Shown piece by piece: positions 51,001 through 61,010 of a DNA stretch of 64,000 nucleotides. The stretch is from Mobula hypostoma (lineage: Eukaryota), in assembly GCF_963921235.1 (NCBI RefSeq), contig NC_086120.1, forward strand, positions 9,238,001-9,302,000, given 5' to 3'. A program made the position numbers and the translations under genes. Position 1 is the first letter of the stretch. Every line of letters begins with the position of its first letter. The notes under the pieces were generated by a model, which ran no database searches, had not been told where the DNA came from, and saw nothing but the letters and a program-made list of their open reading frames with translations.

Positions 51001-54000
51001 GAGGCTGGGGTACGGAGCTTGGCTGCGGGATCTTCGAGGCTGGGGTACGGAGCTTGGCTGCGGGATCATCGAGGCTGGGGTACGGAGCTTGGCTGCGGGA
51101 TCATCGAGGCTGGGGTACTGAGCTTGGCTGCGGGATCATCATGGCTGTGGTACTGAGCTTGGCTGCGGGATCATCGAGGCTGGGGTACGGAGCTTGGCTG
51201 CGGGATCATCGAGGCTGGGGTACGGAGCATGGCTGCGGGATCATCGAGGCTGGGGTACGGGGCTTGGCTGCGGTATCATCGAGGCTGGGGTACGGAGCTT
51301 GACTGCGGGATCATCGAGGCTGGGGTACGGAGCTTGGCTGCGGGATCATCGAGGCTGGGGTACGGAGCTTGGCTGCGGGATCATCGAGGCTGGGGTACGG
51401 AGCCTGGCTGCGGGATCATCGAGGCTGGGGTACGGAGCTTGGCTGCGGGATCATCGAGGCTGGGGTACGGAGCTTGGCTGCGGGATCACCGAGGCTGGGG
51501 TACGGAGCTTGGCTGCCGGATCATCTAGGCTGGGGTACGGAGCTTGGCTGCGGGATCACCGAGGCTGGGGTACGGAGCTTGGCTGCCGGATCATCGAGGC
51601 TGGGGTACTTGGAGTTTGGCTGCGGGATCATCGAGGCTGGGGTACGGGGCTTGGCTGCGGGATCATCGAGGCTGGGGTACGGAGCTTGGCTGCGGGATCA
51701 TCGAGGCTGGGGTTCTTGGAGCTTGGCTGCGGAATCATAGAGGCTGGGGTACGGATCTTGGCTGCGGGATCATCGAGGCTGGGGTTCTTGGAGCTTGGCT
51801 GCGGAATCATCGAGGCTGGGGTACTTGGAGCTCGGCTGCGGGGTTTTCGAGGCTTGGAGCTTGGCTGCGGGATCTTCAAGCTTGGGTTCTTGGAGCTTGG
51901 CTGCGGGATCTTCAAGCTTGGGTTCTTGGAGCTCGGCTGCGGGGTCTTCGAGGATTGGAGCTTGGCTGCGGGATCTTCAAGCTTGGGTTCTTGGAGCTTG
52001 GCTGCGGGATCTTCAAGCTTGGGTTCTTGGAGCTCGGCTGCGGGGTCTTCGAGGCTTGGAGCTTGGCTGCGGGATCATCGAGGCTGGGGTACGGAGCTTG
52101 GCTGCGGGATCATCGAGGCTGGGGTACGGAGCTTGGCTGCGGGATCATCGAGGCTGGGGTACGGAGCTTGGCTGCGGGATCATCGAGGCTGGGGTACGGA
52201 GCTTGGCTGCGGGATCATCGAGGCTGGGGTACGGAGCTTGGCTGCGGGATCATCGAGGCTGGGGTACTTGGAGCTTGGCTGCGGGATCATCGAGGCTGGG
52301 GTACTTGGAGCTTGGCTGCGGGATCATCGAGGCTGGGGTACGGAGCTTGGCTTCGGGATCATCGAGGCTGTGGTACTGAGCTTGGCTGCGGGATCATCGA
52401 GGCTGGGGTACGGAGCTTGGCTGCGGGATCATCGAGGCTGGGGTACGGAGCTTGGCTGCGGGATCATCGAGGCTGGGGTACGGAGCCTGGCTGCGGGATC
52501 ATCGAGGCTGGGGTACGGAGCTTGGCTGCGGGATCATCGAGGCTGGGGTACGGAGCTTGGCTGCGGGATCACCGAGGCTGGGGTACGGAGCTTGGCTGCG
52601 GGATCATCGAGGCTGGGGTACGGAGCTTGGCTGCGGGATCACCGAGGCTGGGGTACGGAGCTTGGCTGCGGGATCATCGAGGCTGGGGTACTTGGAGTTT
52701 GGCTGCGGGATCATCGAGGCTGGGGTACGGGGCTTGGCTGCGGGATCATCGAGGCTGGGGTACGGAGCTTGGCTGCGGGATCATCGAGGCTGGGGTTCTT
52801 GGAGCTTGGCTGCGGAATCATCGAGGCTGGGGTACGGATCTTGGCTGCGGGATCATCGAGGCTGGGGTTCTTGGAGCTTGGCTGCGGAATCATCGAGGCT
52901 GGGGTACTTGGAGCTCGGCTGCGGGGTTTTCGAGGCTTGGAGCTTGGCTGCGGGATCTTCAAGCTTGGGTTCTTGGAGCTTGGCTGCGGGATCTTCAAGC
53001 TTGGGTTCTTGGAGCTCGGCTGCGGGGTCTTCGAGGATTGGAGCTTGGCTGCGGGATCTTCAAGCTTGGGTTCTTGGAGCTTGGCTGCGGGATCTTCAAG
53101 CTTGGGTTCTTGGAGCTCGGCTGCGGGGTCTTCGAGGCTTGGAGCTTGGCTGCGGGATCATCGAGGCTGGGGTACGGAGCTTGGCTGCGGGATCATCGAG
53201 GCTGGGGTACGCAGCTTGGCTGCGGTATTATCGAGGCTGGGGTACGGAGCTTGGCTGCGGGATCATCGAGGCTGGGGTACGGAGCTTGGCTGCGGGATCA
53301 TCGAGGCTGGGGTACGGAGCTTGGCTGCGGGATCATCGAGGCTGGGGTACGGAGCTTGGCTGCGGGATCATCGAGGCTGGGGTACTTGGAGCTTGGCTGC
53401 GGGATCATCGAGGCTGGGGTACTTGGAGCTTGGCTGCGGGATCATCGAGGCTGGGGTACGGAGCTTGGCTGCGGGATCATCGAGGCTGTGGTACTGAGCT
53501 TGGCTGCGGGATCATCGAGGCTGGGGTACGGAGCTTGGCTGCGGGATCATCGAGGCTGGGGTACGGAGCTTGGCTGCGGGATCATCGAGGCTGGGGTACG
53601 GAGCTTGGCTGCGGGATCATCGAGGCTGGGGTACGGAGCTTGGCTGCGGGATCATCGAGGCTGGGGTACGGAGCTTGGCTGCGGGATCATCGAGGCTGGG
53701 GTACTGAGCTTGGCTGCGGGATCATCGAGGCTGGGGTACGGAGCTTGGCTGCGGGATCATCGAGGCTGGGGTACGTAGCTTGGCTGCGGGATCATCGAGG
53801 CTGGGGTACGGAGCTTGGCTGCGGGATCATCGAGGCTGGGGTACGGAGCTTGGCTGCGGGATCATCGAGGCTGGGGTACGGAGCTTGGCTGCGGGATCAT
53901 CGAGGCTGGGGTACGGAGCTTGGCTGCGGGATCATCGGGGCTTGGGTACGGAGCTTGGCTGCGGGACCATCGAGGCTGGGGTACTTGGAGCTTGGCTCCG

Positions 54001-54965
54001 GGATCATCGAGGCTGGGGTACGGAGCTTGGCTGCGGGATCATCGAGGCTGGGGTACTGAGCTTTGCTGCGGGATCATCGAGGCGAGGGTACGGAGCTTGG
54101 CTGCGGGATCATCGAGGCTGGGGTACGGAGCTTGGCTGCGGGATCATCGAGGCTGGGGTACGGAGCTTGGCTGCGGGATCATCGAGGCTGGGGTACGGAG
54201 CTTGGCTGCGGGATCATCGAGGCTGGGGTACGGAGCTTGGCTGCGAGATCATCGAGGCTGTGGGTACGGAGCTTGGCTGCGGGATCACCGAGGCTGGGGT
54301 ACGGAGCTTGGCTGCGGGATCATCTAGGCTGGGGTACGGAGCTTGGCTGCGGGATCATCGAGGCTGGGGTACGGAGCTTGGCTGCGGGATCACCGAGGCT
54401 GGGGTACGGAGCTTGGCTGCGTGATCATCGACGCTGGGGTACTTGGAGTTTGGCTGCGGGATCATCGAGGCTGGGGTACGGAGCTTTGCTGCGGGATCAT
54501 CGAGGCTGGGGTACGGAGCTTGGCTGCGGGATCATCGAGGCTGGGGTTCTTGGAGCTTGGCTGCGGAATCATCGAGGCTGGGGTACGGAGCTTGGCTGCG
54601 GGATCATCGAAGCTGGGGTTCTTGGAGCTTGGCTGCGGAATCATCGAGGCTGGGGTACTTGGAGCTCGGCTGCGGGGTTTTCGAGGCTTGGAACTTGGCT
54701 GCGGGATCTTCAAGCTTGGGTTCTTGGAGCTTGGGTTCTTGGAGCTTGGCTGCGGGATCTTCAAGCTTGGGTTCTTGGAGCTCGGCTGCGGGGTCTTCGA
54801 GGCTTGGAGCTTGGCTGCGGGATCTTCAAGCTTGGGTTCTTGGAGCTTGGCTGCGGGATCTTCAAGCTTGGGTTCTTGGAGCTCGGCTGCGGGGTCTTCG
54901 AGGCTTGGAGCTTGGCTGCGGGATCTTCGAGGCTTGGAGCTTGGCTGCGGGATCTTCGAGGCTTG
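1..54965. repeat. Large GC-rich tandem satellite array, 35-bp main monomer (about 1,570 monomers), truncated by the left window edge
   Basis: GGCTGCGGGATCATCGAGGCTGGGGTACGGAGCTT repeats head-to-tail from position 1. Composition is 16 G, 7 C, 5 A, 7 T (66% GC, 3 CpG per unit). Related 37-, 36- and 29-bp variants are interspersed. Similarity ends abruptly after GAGGCTTG at 54965. Confidence 0.99.
54535..54965. repeat. Terminal copy of the 37/29/36-bp variant module that recurs throughout the satellite
   Basis: 37-bp units ending GGGGTTCTTGGAGCTT are followed by the 29-bp GGTTTTCGAG unit (54676), 36-bp TCTTCAAGCTTGGGTTCTTGGAGCTT units and 29-bp TCTTCGAGGCTTGGAGCTT units, directly abutting unique sequence. 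Confidence 0.9.
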
Positions 54966-55040
54966 ATTTCTTCGTCTTGAAATGCGCAGGCTGATCACTC
55001 CGAGGCTGGAGCTCAGAGTTCGACTGGGAACTGAACATCA

Positions 55041-55196
55041 ACATAGAGCCGGGACTAATCCTTCGACAAGCTGGGACTCATCTTTCACACGACAATAACA
55101 TGGGACAGGGCAGAACAGAAAATAGACATAGAGCCTTGACTTACCCTAAGACAAGCCGGGACTCAACTTCATTTCTACACCAAGATGGGACAGGTC
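55041..55196. repeat. Degenerate two-copy tandem repeat, period about 85 bp
   Basis: ACATAGAGCC...GACAAG(C/T)GGGACTCA...ATGGGACAGG occurs starting at 55041 and again at 55126. Confidence 0.75.
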
Positions 55197-55203
55197 CCTC
55201 CGT

Positions 55204-55470
55204 CAGGTAACGGCAGAACGGCCAGACTTACCCAACAGAGGCGAGGACAAGACAAGACAGACCCACCCTATCCCACAGGGCAACGGTAAAACGGCCTGAC
55301 CTACCCCACAGAGGCGAGGACAAGACAAGACAAGACAGGACCCTCCGCAGGACAATGGCAGAACGGCCTGACTTACCCCACGGAGGCGAGGGCAAGACAA
55401 GACAGAACCCCCCGCAGGGCAACGGCAAAACAGCCTGGCTTTCCCCACAGAGGCGAGAACAAGAAGAGAC
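55204..55470. repeat. Minisatellite, about 4 copies of 67-72 bp with internal (GACAA)n
   Basis: Units CAGG(G/T/A)CAACGGCAGAACGGCC...CCCACAGAGGCGAGGACAAGACAAGACAG start at 55204, 55276, 55348 and 55415. Confidence 0.9.
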
Positions 55471-55818
55471 AAACACGAAAGAACAGCAGACAGTTCCATC
55501 TCTGCTTCGGGGAAGCTCCGATTCTCAGTTTGACCAGCAACCTCAACTGGCTACGGAAACAGCTGGATCCCTACCTAGCTCGGAGTGACTGGCAGCCACT
55601 CAGCTGGCCCAGGAAACAGCAGAATCCATACCGCAAAGACAGCTCCGACTACTGACAGCGAGGCTCCATGAAGCGATGGTTCTCCAACACGGCCTAAAGA
55701 TGACAAGTGGCCAGTCTAGCCTTCCACCGGCAGGTTGCTCCCAGGGGAACTGACAAGACAAACCAGTAGCTCACACTCAACCCCAAGGCTACTTATATTC
55801 CAAGCCTCAAGATGGGAA

Positions 55819-55968
55819 TCAGGTGCCTGTGATTATCTCGAACAAGGGACCGCTGGAAGACCCGGAATCCTGGGTCCACGGACCGGACCATGACATCCAT
55901 TGCCTGTAGCTTATCTCCTCCTTGAATCTCATGGTCAAGGTCAGCTGCTGTCTCTCTGTTGGGTCCAT
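55819..55968 (-). pseudogene. Short MDP-initiated ORF (49 aa), possible decayed gag 5' end
   Basis: Translates as MDPTERQQLTLTMRFKEEISYRQWMSWSGPWTQDSGSSSGPLFEIITGT*, just inside the putative LTR. No recognisable gag motif beyond the MDP start. Confidence 0.25.
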
Positions 55969-55990
55969 CTTTATGCACGTCGAGACATGC

Positions 55991-56274
55991 CGTTACCAGG
56001 TTCAGATATGGCCCAAGTGCGGAGTGAGAGCCACTGAAGCAGGTCAATAGTTCGCAAACTTTATTGCAAACAATGTTTAAGGGAAAATATCAGTAAACGC
56101 TAGGCCACATAGGGCCGTTAATGAAGACTAAACTGCGGATGAAAAGAAAATCTAAACATTGAACGAATACGGCTAGTCTTCGAAGTCAGTTGACTCAAAA
56201 GTCCAATTTCTCAGGGAAAGGCTGAAAGCAAAACAGACAGCCAAGCGTTGCTGTTCTCTGTCCAAGTCTCAACA
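55991..56274 (-). mobile_element. Putative LTR (284 bp) of a Ty3/Gypsy-type element oriented toward the satellite
   Basis: On the minus strand it begins TGTTGAG (56274) and ends GTAACG (55991). AATAAA lies at 56065-56060, about 70 bp from the end, followed by CACTTGGGCC. An ATGGACCCA start (55968) sits 23 bp inside. This resembles fish Gypsy LTR/gag junctions as I recall them; there is no second LTR or TSD in the window. Confidence 0.4.
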
Positions 56275-56379
56275 AGCACTACGTCGACAAGTATGGAGTT
56301 AAATACTATCACGATTAAATAATTGGCTGACACGTGCAAATTCACAAACACAATTGCCGTATCTATCTTGCTGCCGAAT

Positions 56380-56596
56380 CCATGGTTGTGACAGTACTGG
56401 TTACACTGAAGTCAATAGGGTATCATGAGTAAAGCACACTAGTGACTGGAATCATATCTCACTTGAAAGAAGATGTTGTGGTTGTTGTACTTCAAACGCT
56501 CCAGTCCCATGATATCACTACAGTAGTTCCTCATGGAATACATTCAACTCAAGCATGTTCTGCTGCTTCATCAGGAATCATCTTTCCTCTGTAAGA
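56380..56596 (+). mobile_element. Highly decayed LINE reverse-transcriptase fragment
   Basis: TGGAATCATATCTC...GAAGATGTTGTGGTTGTTG...GATATCACTACAGTAGTTCCTCATGG...GCTGCTTCATCA follows the LINE RT stretch ESYL..RKMVVVV....DIT.GVPQG......FSCFIN, with indels. Confidence 0.55.
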
Positions 56597-56600
56597 GCTC

Positions 56601-57105
56601 CATAAGACCATAAGACATAGGAGTACAATTAGGCCATTTGACCCATCGAGTCTGCTCCGCCATATTTGAGTTAATATCCTATTCAACCCCATTCATTCAT
56701 GATTGATTCATTATCCTTCTGAACCCCATTCACCTGCTTTCTCCCCGTACACTTTGACATTCTTACAAATCAAGAACATATCAATCTCGGTTTTAAATAT
56801 AATCATTGAGATGGTCTCCACAAACTTCAACAGATTCATCACCCTCTGGCTAAAGAACTTCCTTTTCAAGTCTGTTCTAAAGGGACACCCTCGTATTCTG
56901 AGGCTCTGCTACCTCCTCCTATTTTCTCCAAATATTAGAAACATCCTCTCCACATCCAGTCTAATTCGGCTTTCGATATTCAATTAGGTTCTCTCTTCAT
57001 TCTTCTGAACTCCAGTGAGTACAGGTCCAGAGCCATCAAACGGTCATCCTCTCTTAAACTTTACATTCCAGTGATCACCCTCGTGAACCTCTTCTACAAT
57101 TCCAG
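56601..57105 (-). mobile_element. Old CR1 LINE 3' fragment with 8-bp microsatellite tail
   Basis: The plus strand begins CATAAGACCATAAGACATAGGAG...AGGCCATT.G.CCCATCGAGTCTGCTCCGCCA, the reverse complement of a CR1 3' end. Degenerate sequence follows that parallels the young CR1 at 58670 (CACCCTCTGG..AAGAA.TTCCT, CGTATTCTG, GAACTCCAGTGAGTACAG.CC). Confidence 0.8.
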
Positions 57106-57624
57106 ATTTATCAATGAACAATGACTGAAAAAAAAGAAGCAATCTTTCAAAAGACCCACACAAAAACCGCCTTTACAGCAAAATATTGTGAATTCACTCA
57201 TCAGAAAACTCTGTTTAGAAATCAGTTCCCATTGTGTAGATATGTCCACCATAACTATATCATTTCAAATGGCCAGTCTGATATGGTAGTTACAATTCCA
57301 ACTGACCAATGAAATATAAAACAAGATATCATTGTCTTTGATGGAAGTCAGATATTTAAACCCTGATTCGCTCTCCAATGGATACCATCAGAATTGTTGA
57401 GTGTCTCTACTTTAACTTCAGTTTTACGGCTGCTGCAGTATTTGACTTCCTACTTTAAAAGTGGAAAGTTTGAAAGTAAAATCTTCTAGCAGTTAGGCTG
57501 TAGAGTTCTGGGTGTATCTTATTCACCTTGGCCCCAGAAGAACGCTGTCTTGTTGGACTGTCTCCGCGAATTGTTTGACTGTTAATTAAACTTGATTCTA
57601 TTCGATTTGACTTGACTTGAAAAA

Positions 57625-57816
57625 GTCCTTCAGAGCTGAGTACTGTAAGCCACAAATTATGGGAATTATGTTCGATTTGAAGGAATGGATGGAGTCAGTC
57701 AGCTCCTCCAGCGTCATTGTATGGTCCTGACTCTCCCGCTTGCAGCTGTCTAACACACCCGTGATGGAGGACGGCAAGTTCTGGGAGGTTGTGCTTGTGG
57801 CCTTTCTGTCGCATAG
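57625..57816 (-). mobile_element. Decayed L1/Tx1-like ORF2 fragment (region before the RT domain)
   Basis: LCDRKATSTTSQNLPSSITGVLDSCKRESQDHTMTLEELTDSIHSFKSNIIPIICGLQYSALKD follows the L1/Tx1 pattern Y..LY......F...I..........LD..LTL.EL...I......K.PG.DGLP.E.Y..LW. Confidence 0.6.
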
Positions 57817-58251
57817 TGTCACAACCACGGACTCTGCCGCTGGACGGGGTCTGCGTGTTCTCGCAGGCAGGTCCGGACCAGGTTCGGCAATCATGCTCGC
57901 GAAATTGCAGGTTCCAGCTAAATCGTGTTTCGTTGTGGTGTTTTCCACCCTTCCTCTCGTTCCAGTCTTCCGAGACTTGACCAATAGCAGAGCAACACCG
58001 ATGTTCCCTACTTACCGATGTTCAGGTTCCGGGGAAGAAGATAACCGAGTAGCCTGACGCTGCTCAGAAGCGGTATTTAATTAGTATTAAGTTAGTGCGG
58101 CCAAGCCGCTGTATCGACATGAGCTTTAGTTAGACAGTTCCAGTTAATGGCCCTCTGGCCAAGCGTTATTTTTTTTTTGTTTCGCCACAGTTTCCATTAA
58201 AGTCAAAGAACTGTTCATCTGTTTCAGTCGTTCCCTCCCCGCAATTGGGCC

Positions 58252-58363
58252 TGTGAGGGGATCCAGGTGTGCCCTATTAACTGTTTGGAGAGAGACATTT
58301 ATCATTAATGGTTTGTTTGGAAAGGAGAGAGAGAGTTATTTACTACCGATATGTTGCTTTTGG
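58252..58363 (+). repeat. Truncated 5' LTR
   Basis: TGTGAGGGGATCCAGG.GTGCCCTATTAACTGTTTGGAGAG...CCGATATGTTGCTTTTGG is nearly identical to 61143-61264. Confidence 0.85.
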
Positions 58364-58669
58364 CTTACGGTATGCCTTTAGGTGGACATCATTGTGTGAG
58401 AAATGAGGAAAAGGAACAAGGGGTTCCCCTCCTTTTATTTATTGTTGGAGATTCGATTCAGAAGGCATTGGAGGGTAGTTTGTTGAAACCTGTATTCAGC
58501 TACAGGCCAAAAGGACCTTTGACCCTACTCAGAGAACTATGGTCTGATTTAGGAAAATGTGTCAGTGTGTTTAAGTATGTTTTAAAATTCTGGAAGGGAT
58601 TTCGTAAGCTTTGTGACTTTGCTCAGGAAAGTTTGCAAAATGGTCGAGTCAAAATAAGACACTTGTTTA
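58364..58669 (+). pseudogene. Gypsy integrase C-terminal remnant
   Basis: CVRNEEKEQGVPLLLFIVGDSIQKALEGSLLKPVFSYRPKGPLTLLRELW matches the Gypsy IN pattern C...E.DWD.GVPLLLFA.R...QESLGFSPFELVFG..VRGPL.LLKE.W. Confidence 0.8.
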
Positions 58670-60416
58670 CATAGAAACATAGAAACATAGAAAATAGGTG
58701 CAGGAGTAGGCCATTCGGCCCTTCGAGCTTGCACCGCCATTTATTATGATCATGGCTGATCATCCAACTCAGAACCCCGCCCCAGCCTTCCCTCCATACC
58801 CCCTGATCCCCGTAGCCACAAGGGCCATATCTAACTCCCTCTTAAACATAGCCAATGAACTGGCCTCAACAGTTTGCTGTGGCAGAGAATTCCACAGATT
58901 CAACACTCTCTGTGTGAAGAAGCTTTTCCTAATCTCGGTCCTAAAAGGCTTCCCCTCTATCCTCAAACTGTGACCCCTCGTTCTGGACTTCCCCAACATC
59001 GGGAACAATATTCCTGCATCTAGCCTGTCCAATCCCTTTAGGATCTTATACGTTTCAATCAGATCCCCCCTCAATCTTCTAAATTCCAACGAGTACAAGC
59101 CCAGTTCATCCAGTCTTTCTTCATATGAACGTCCTGCCATCCCAGGAATCAATCTGGTGAACCTTCTTTGTACTCCCTCTATGGCAAAGATGTCTTTCCT
59201 CAGATTAGGGGACCAAAACTGCACACAATACTCCAGGTGTGGTCTCACCAAGGCCTTGTACAACTGCAGTAGTACCTCCCTGCTCCTGTACTCGAATCCT
59301 CTCTCTATAAATGCCAGCATACCATTCGCCTTTTTCACCGCCTGCTGTACCTGCATGCCCACTTTCAATGACTGGTGTATAATGACACCCAGGTCTCGTT
59401 GCACCTCCCCTTTTCCTAATCGGCCACCATTCAGATAATAATCTGTTTTCCTATTTTTGCCACCAAAGTGGATAACTTCACATTTATCCACATTAAATTG
59501 CATCTGCCATGAGTTTGCCCACTCACCCAACCTATCCAAGTCACCCTGCATCCTCTTAGCATCCTCCTCACTGCTAACACTGCCACCCAGCTTCGTGTCA
59601 TCCGCAAACTTGGAGATGCTGCATTTAATTCCCTCATCCAAGTCATTAATATATATTGTAAACAACTGGGGTCCCAGCACTGAGCCTTGCGGTACCCCAC
59701 TAGTCACCGCCTGCCATTCTGAAAAGGTCCCGTTTATTCCCACTCTTTGCTTCCTGTCTGCTAACCAATTCTCCACCCACACCAATACCTTACCCCCAAT
59801 ACCGTGTGCTTTAAGTTTGCACACTAATCTCCTGTGTGGGACCTTGTCAAAAGCCTTTTGAAAATCCAAATATACCACATCCACTGGTTCTCCCCTATCC
59901 ACTCTACTAGTTACATCCTCAAAAAATTCTATGAGATTCGTCAGACATGATTTTCCTTTCACAAATCCATGCTGACTTTGTCCGATCATTTCTCCGCTTT
60001 CCAAATGTGCTGTTATCACATCCTTGATAACTGACTCCAGCAGTTTCCCCACCACCGACGTTAGGCTAACCGGTCTATAATCCCCGGTTTCTCTCTCCCT
60101 CCTTTTTTAAAAATTGGGGTTACATTAGCCACCCTCCAATCCTCAGGAACTAGTCCAGAATCTAACGAGTTTTGAAAAATTATCACTAATGCATCCACTA
60201 TTTCTTGGGCTACTTCCTTAAGCACTCTAGGATGCAGACCATCTGGCCCTGGGGATTTATCTGCCTTCAATCCCTTCAATTTACCTAACACCACTTCCCT
60301 ACTAACATGTATTTCACTCAGTTCCTCCATCTCTCTGGACCCTCTGTCCCTTACTATTTCTGGAAGATTATTTATGTCCTCCTTAGTGAAGACAGAACCA
60401 AAGTAATTATTCAATT
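58670..60416 (-). mobile_element. Young 5'-truncated CR1 LINE (about 1.75 kb) nested in the Gypsy element
   Basis: (CATAGAAA)x3 at 58670-58693 is the reverse complement of the CR1 8-bp tail. A short 3' UTR and a near-intact ORF2 follow. TTTAC at 58666-58670 and 60415-60419 is a possible TSD. Confidence 0.95.
58769..60416 (-). pseudogene. CR1 ORF2 reverse transcriptase (5'-truncated, one frameshift)
   Basis: The 428-aa open frame has QHGF, YLDFQKAFDKVPH, GVPQGSVLGP, YINDL and FADDTK. The upstream frame has KSPGPDG..PRVLKE and DWRVANVTPIFKKG. A 1-nt deletion near 60081 breaks PGNYRPVSLTS. Confidence 0.93.
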
Positions 60417-60419
60417 TAC

Positions 60420-61010
60420 TAGAATTGCAGCTGGGAGAATTGTTGAAGTACAAAATGGAGTCGTGAAATCTGATAATGGAATGGAAAGGCATGTTTACTC
60501 ACTGAATCTAGACTCACCAAAATGTCAGAATTCCATTGTTTTGAAAAATATTACTGATAAGGTCCACCAGTTGGATCCAAAGCCGAAAAAACAAGTAAAA
60601 GGACTAATTGGTGTTTTGAAATGGTGCACAGGTGCAGTGCATGACATCATTATGAATTTAGCCCAGCCTACGAAATGGTATCTTCACAGAGTGAACACAC
60701 AGTAGCTTATTTCTCAAAGAAATTTAATGTACACCAGAAAAATTATTCAACTGTTGAAAAGGAATTCCTAGCACTTACTCTGGCTTTACAACATTTTGAG
60801 GCCTATGATCAGAGACCTCAAAACCTTTCTGTTGCTCAGAGACCACTTGTGGTTTACATGGGTTATAATCCGCTGGTGTTTTTAAATAAGATGAAGGATA
60901 AGAATAGAAGGGTGTTAAATTAGAGTCCGATATTGCAGGAAGGTGACTTTAAAATCAAACATGTAAAAGGTACTGACAATGTTATAGCTGATTAGTTATC
61001 CAGATGTTAA
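60420..61010 (+). pseudogene. Gypsy pol remnant: IN-RT linker and RT start fused to the RNase H domain
   Basis: NSIVLKNITDKVHQL...AVHDIIMNLAQPTKWYLHRVN (similar to QPIKQHPYRVN) runs into EHTVAYFSKKFNVHQKNYSTVEKEFLAL.LALQHF...NPLVFL...KNRRVLN*..LQE....KHVKGTDNVIAD*LSRC*. Premature stops at 60921-60923 and 60993-60995. Confidence 0.85.

Noticed and set aside
1-54965. CRISPR array (35-37-bp repeat length)
   Set aside because: Units are contiguous with no unique spacers, there are no cas genes, and the context is vertebrate.
34-54994. Many long plus-strand ORFs (up to 1491 aa) in all three frames
   Set aside because: The 35-mer has no stop in any plus frame and 35 is not a multiple of 3, so every frame reads the same 35-aa cycle until a GTACTGAG or TCTAGG variant. 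Frequent 29/37-bp units switch frame, showing no frame conservation. Most listed starts are TTG.
291-54998. Short minus-strand ORFs (MIPQPSSKNPSLDDPAAK..., EPKLEDPAAKLQ)
   Set aside because: They arise wherever 36/37-bp units skip the TGA in CGATGATCC and simply mark the module positions.
57160-57168. Perfect RSS nonamer ACAAAAACC
   Set aside because: No CACAGTG-like heptamer at 12- or 23-bp spacing (AATCTTT and an A-rich stretch instead), and no V exon upstream.
58746-59861. Plus-strand and alternate-frame ORFs of 75-134 aa over the CR1
   Set aside because: They are antisense or shadow frames of the RT ORF.
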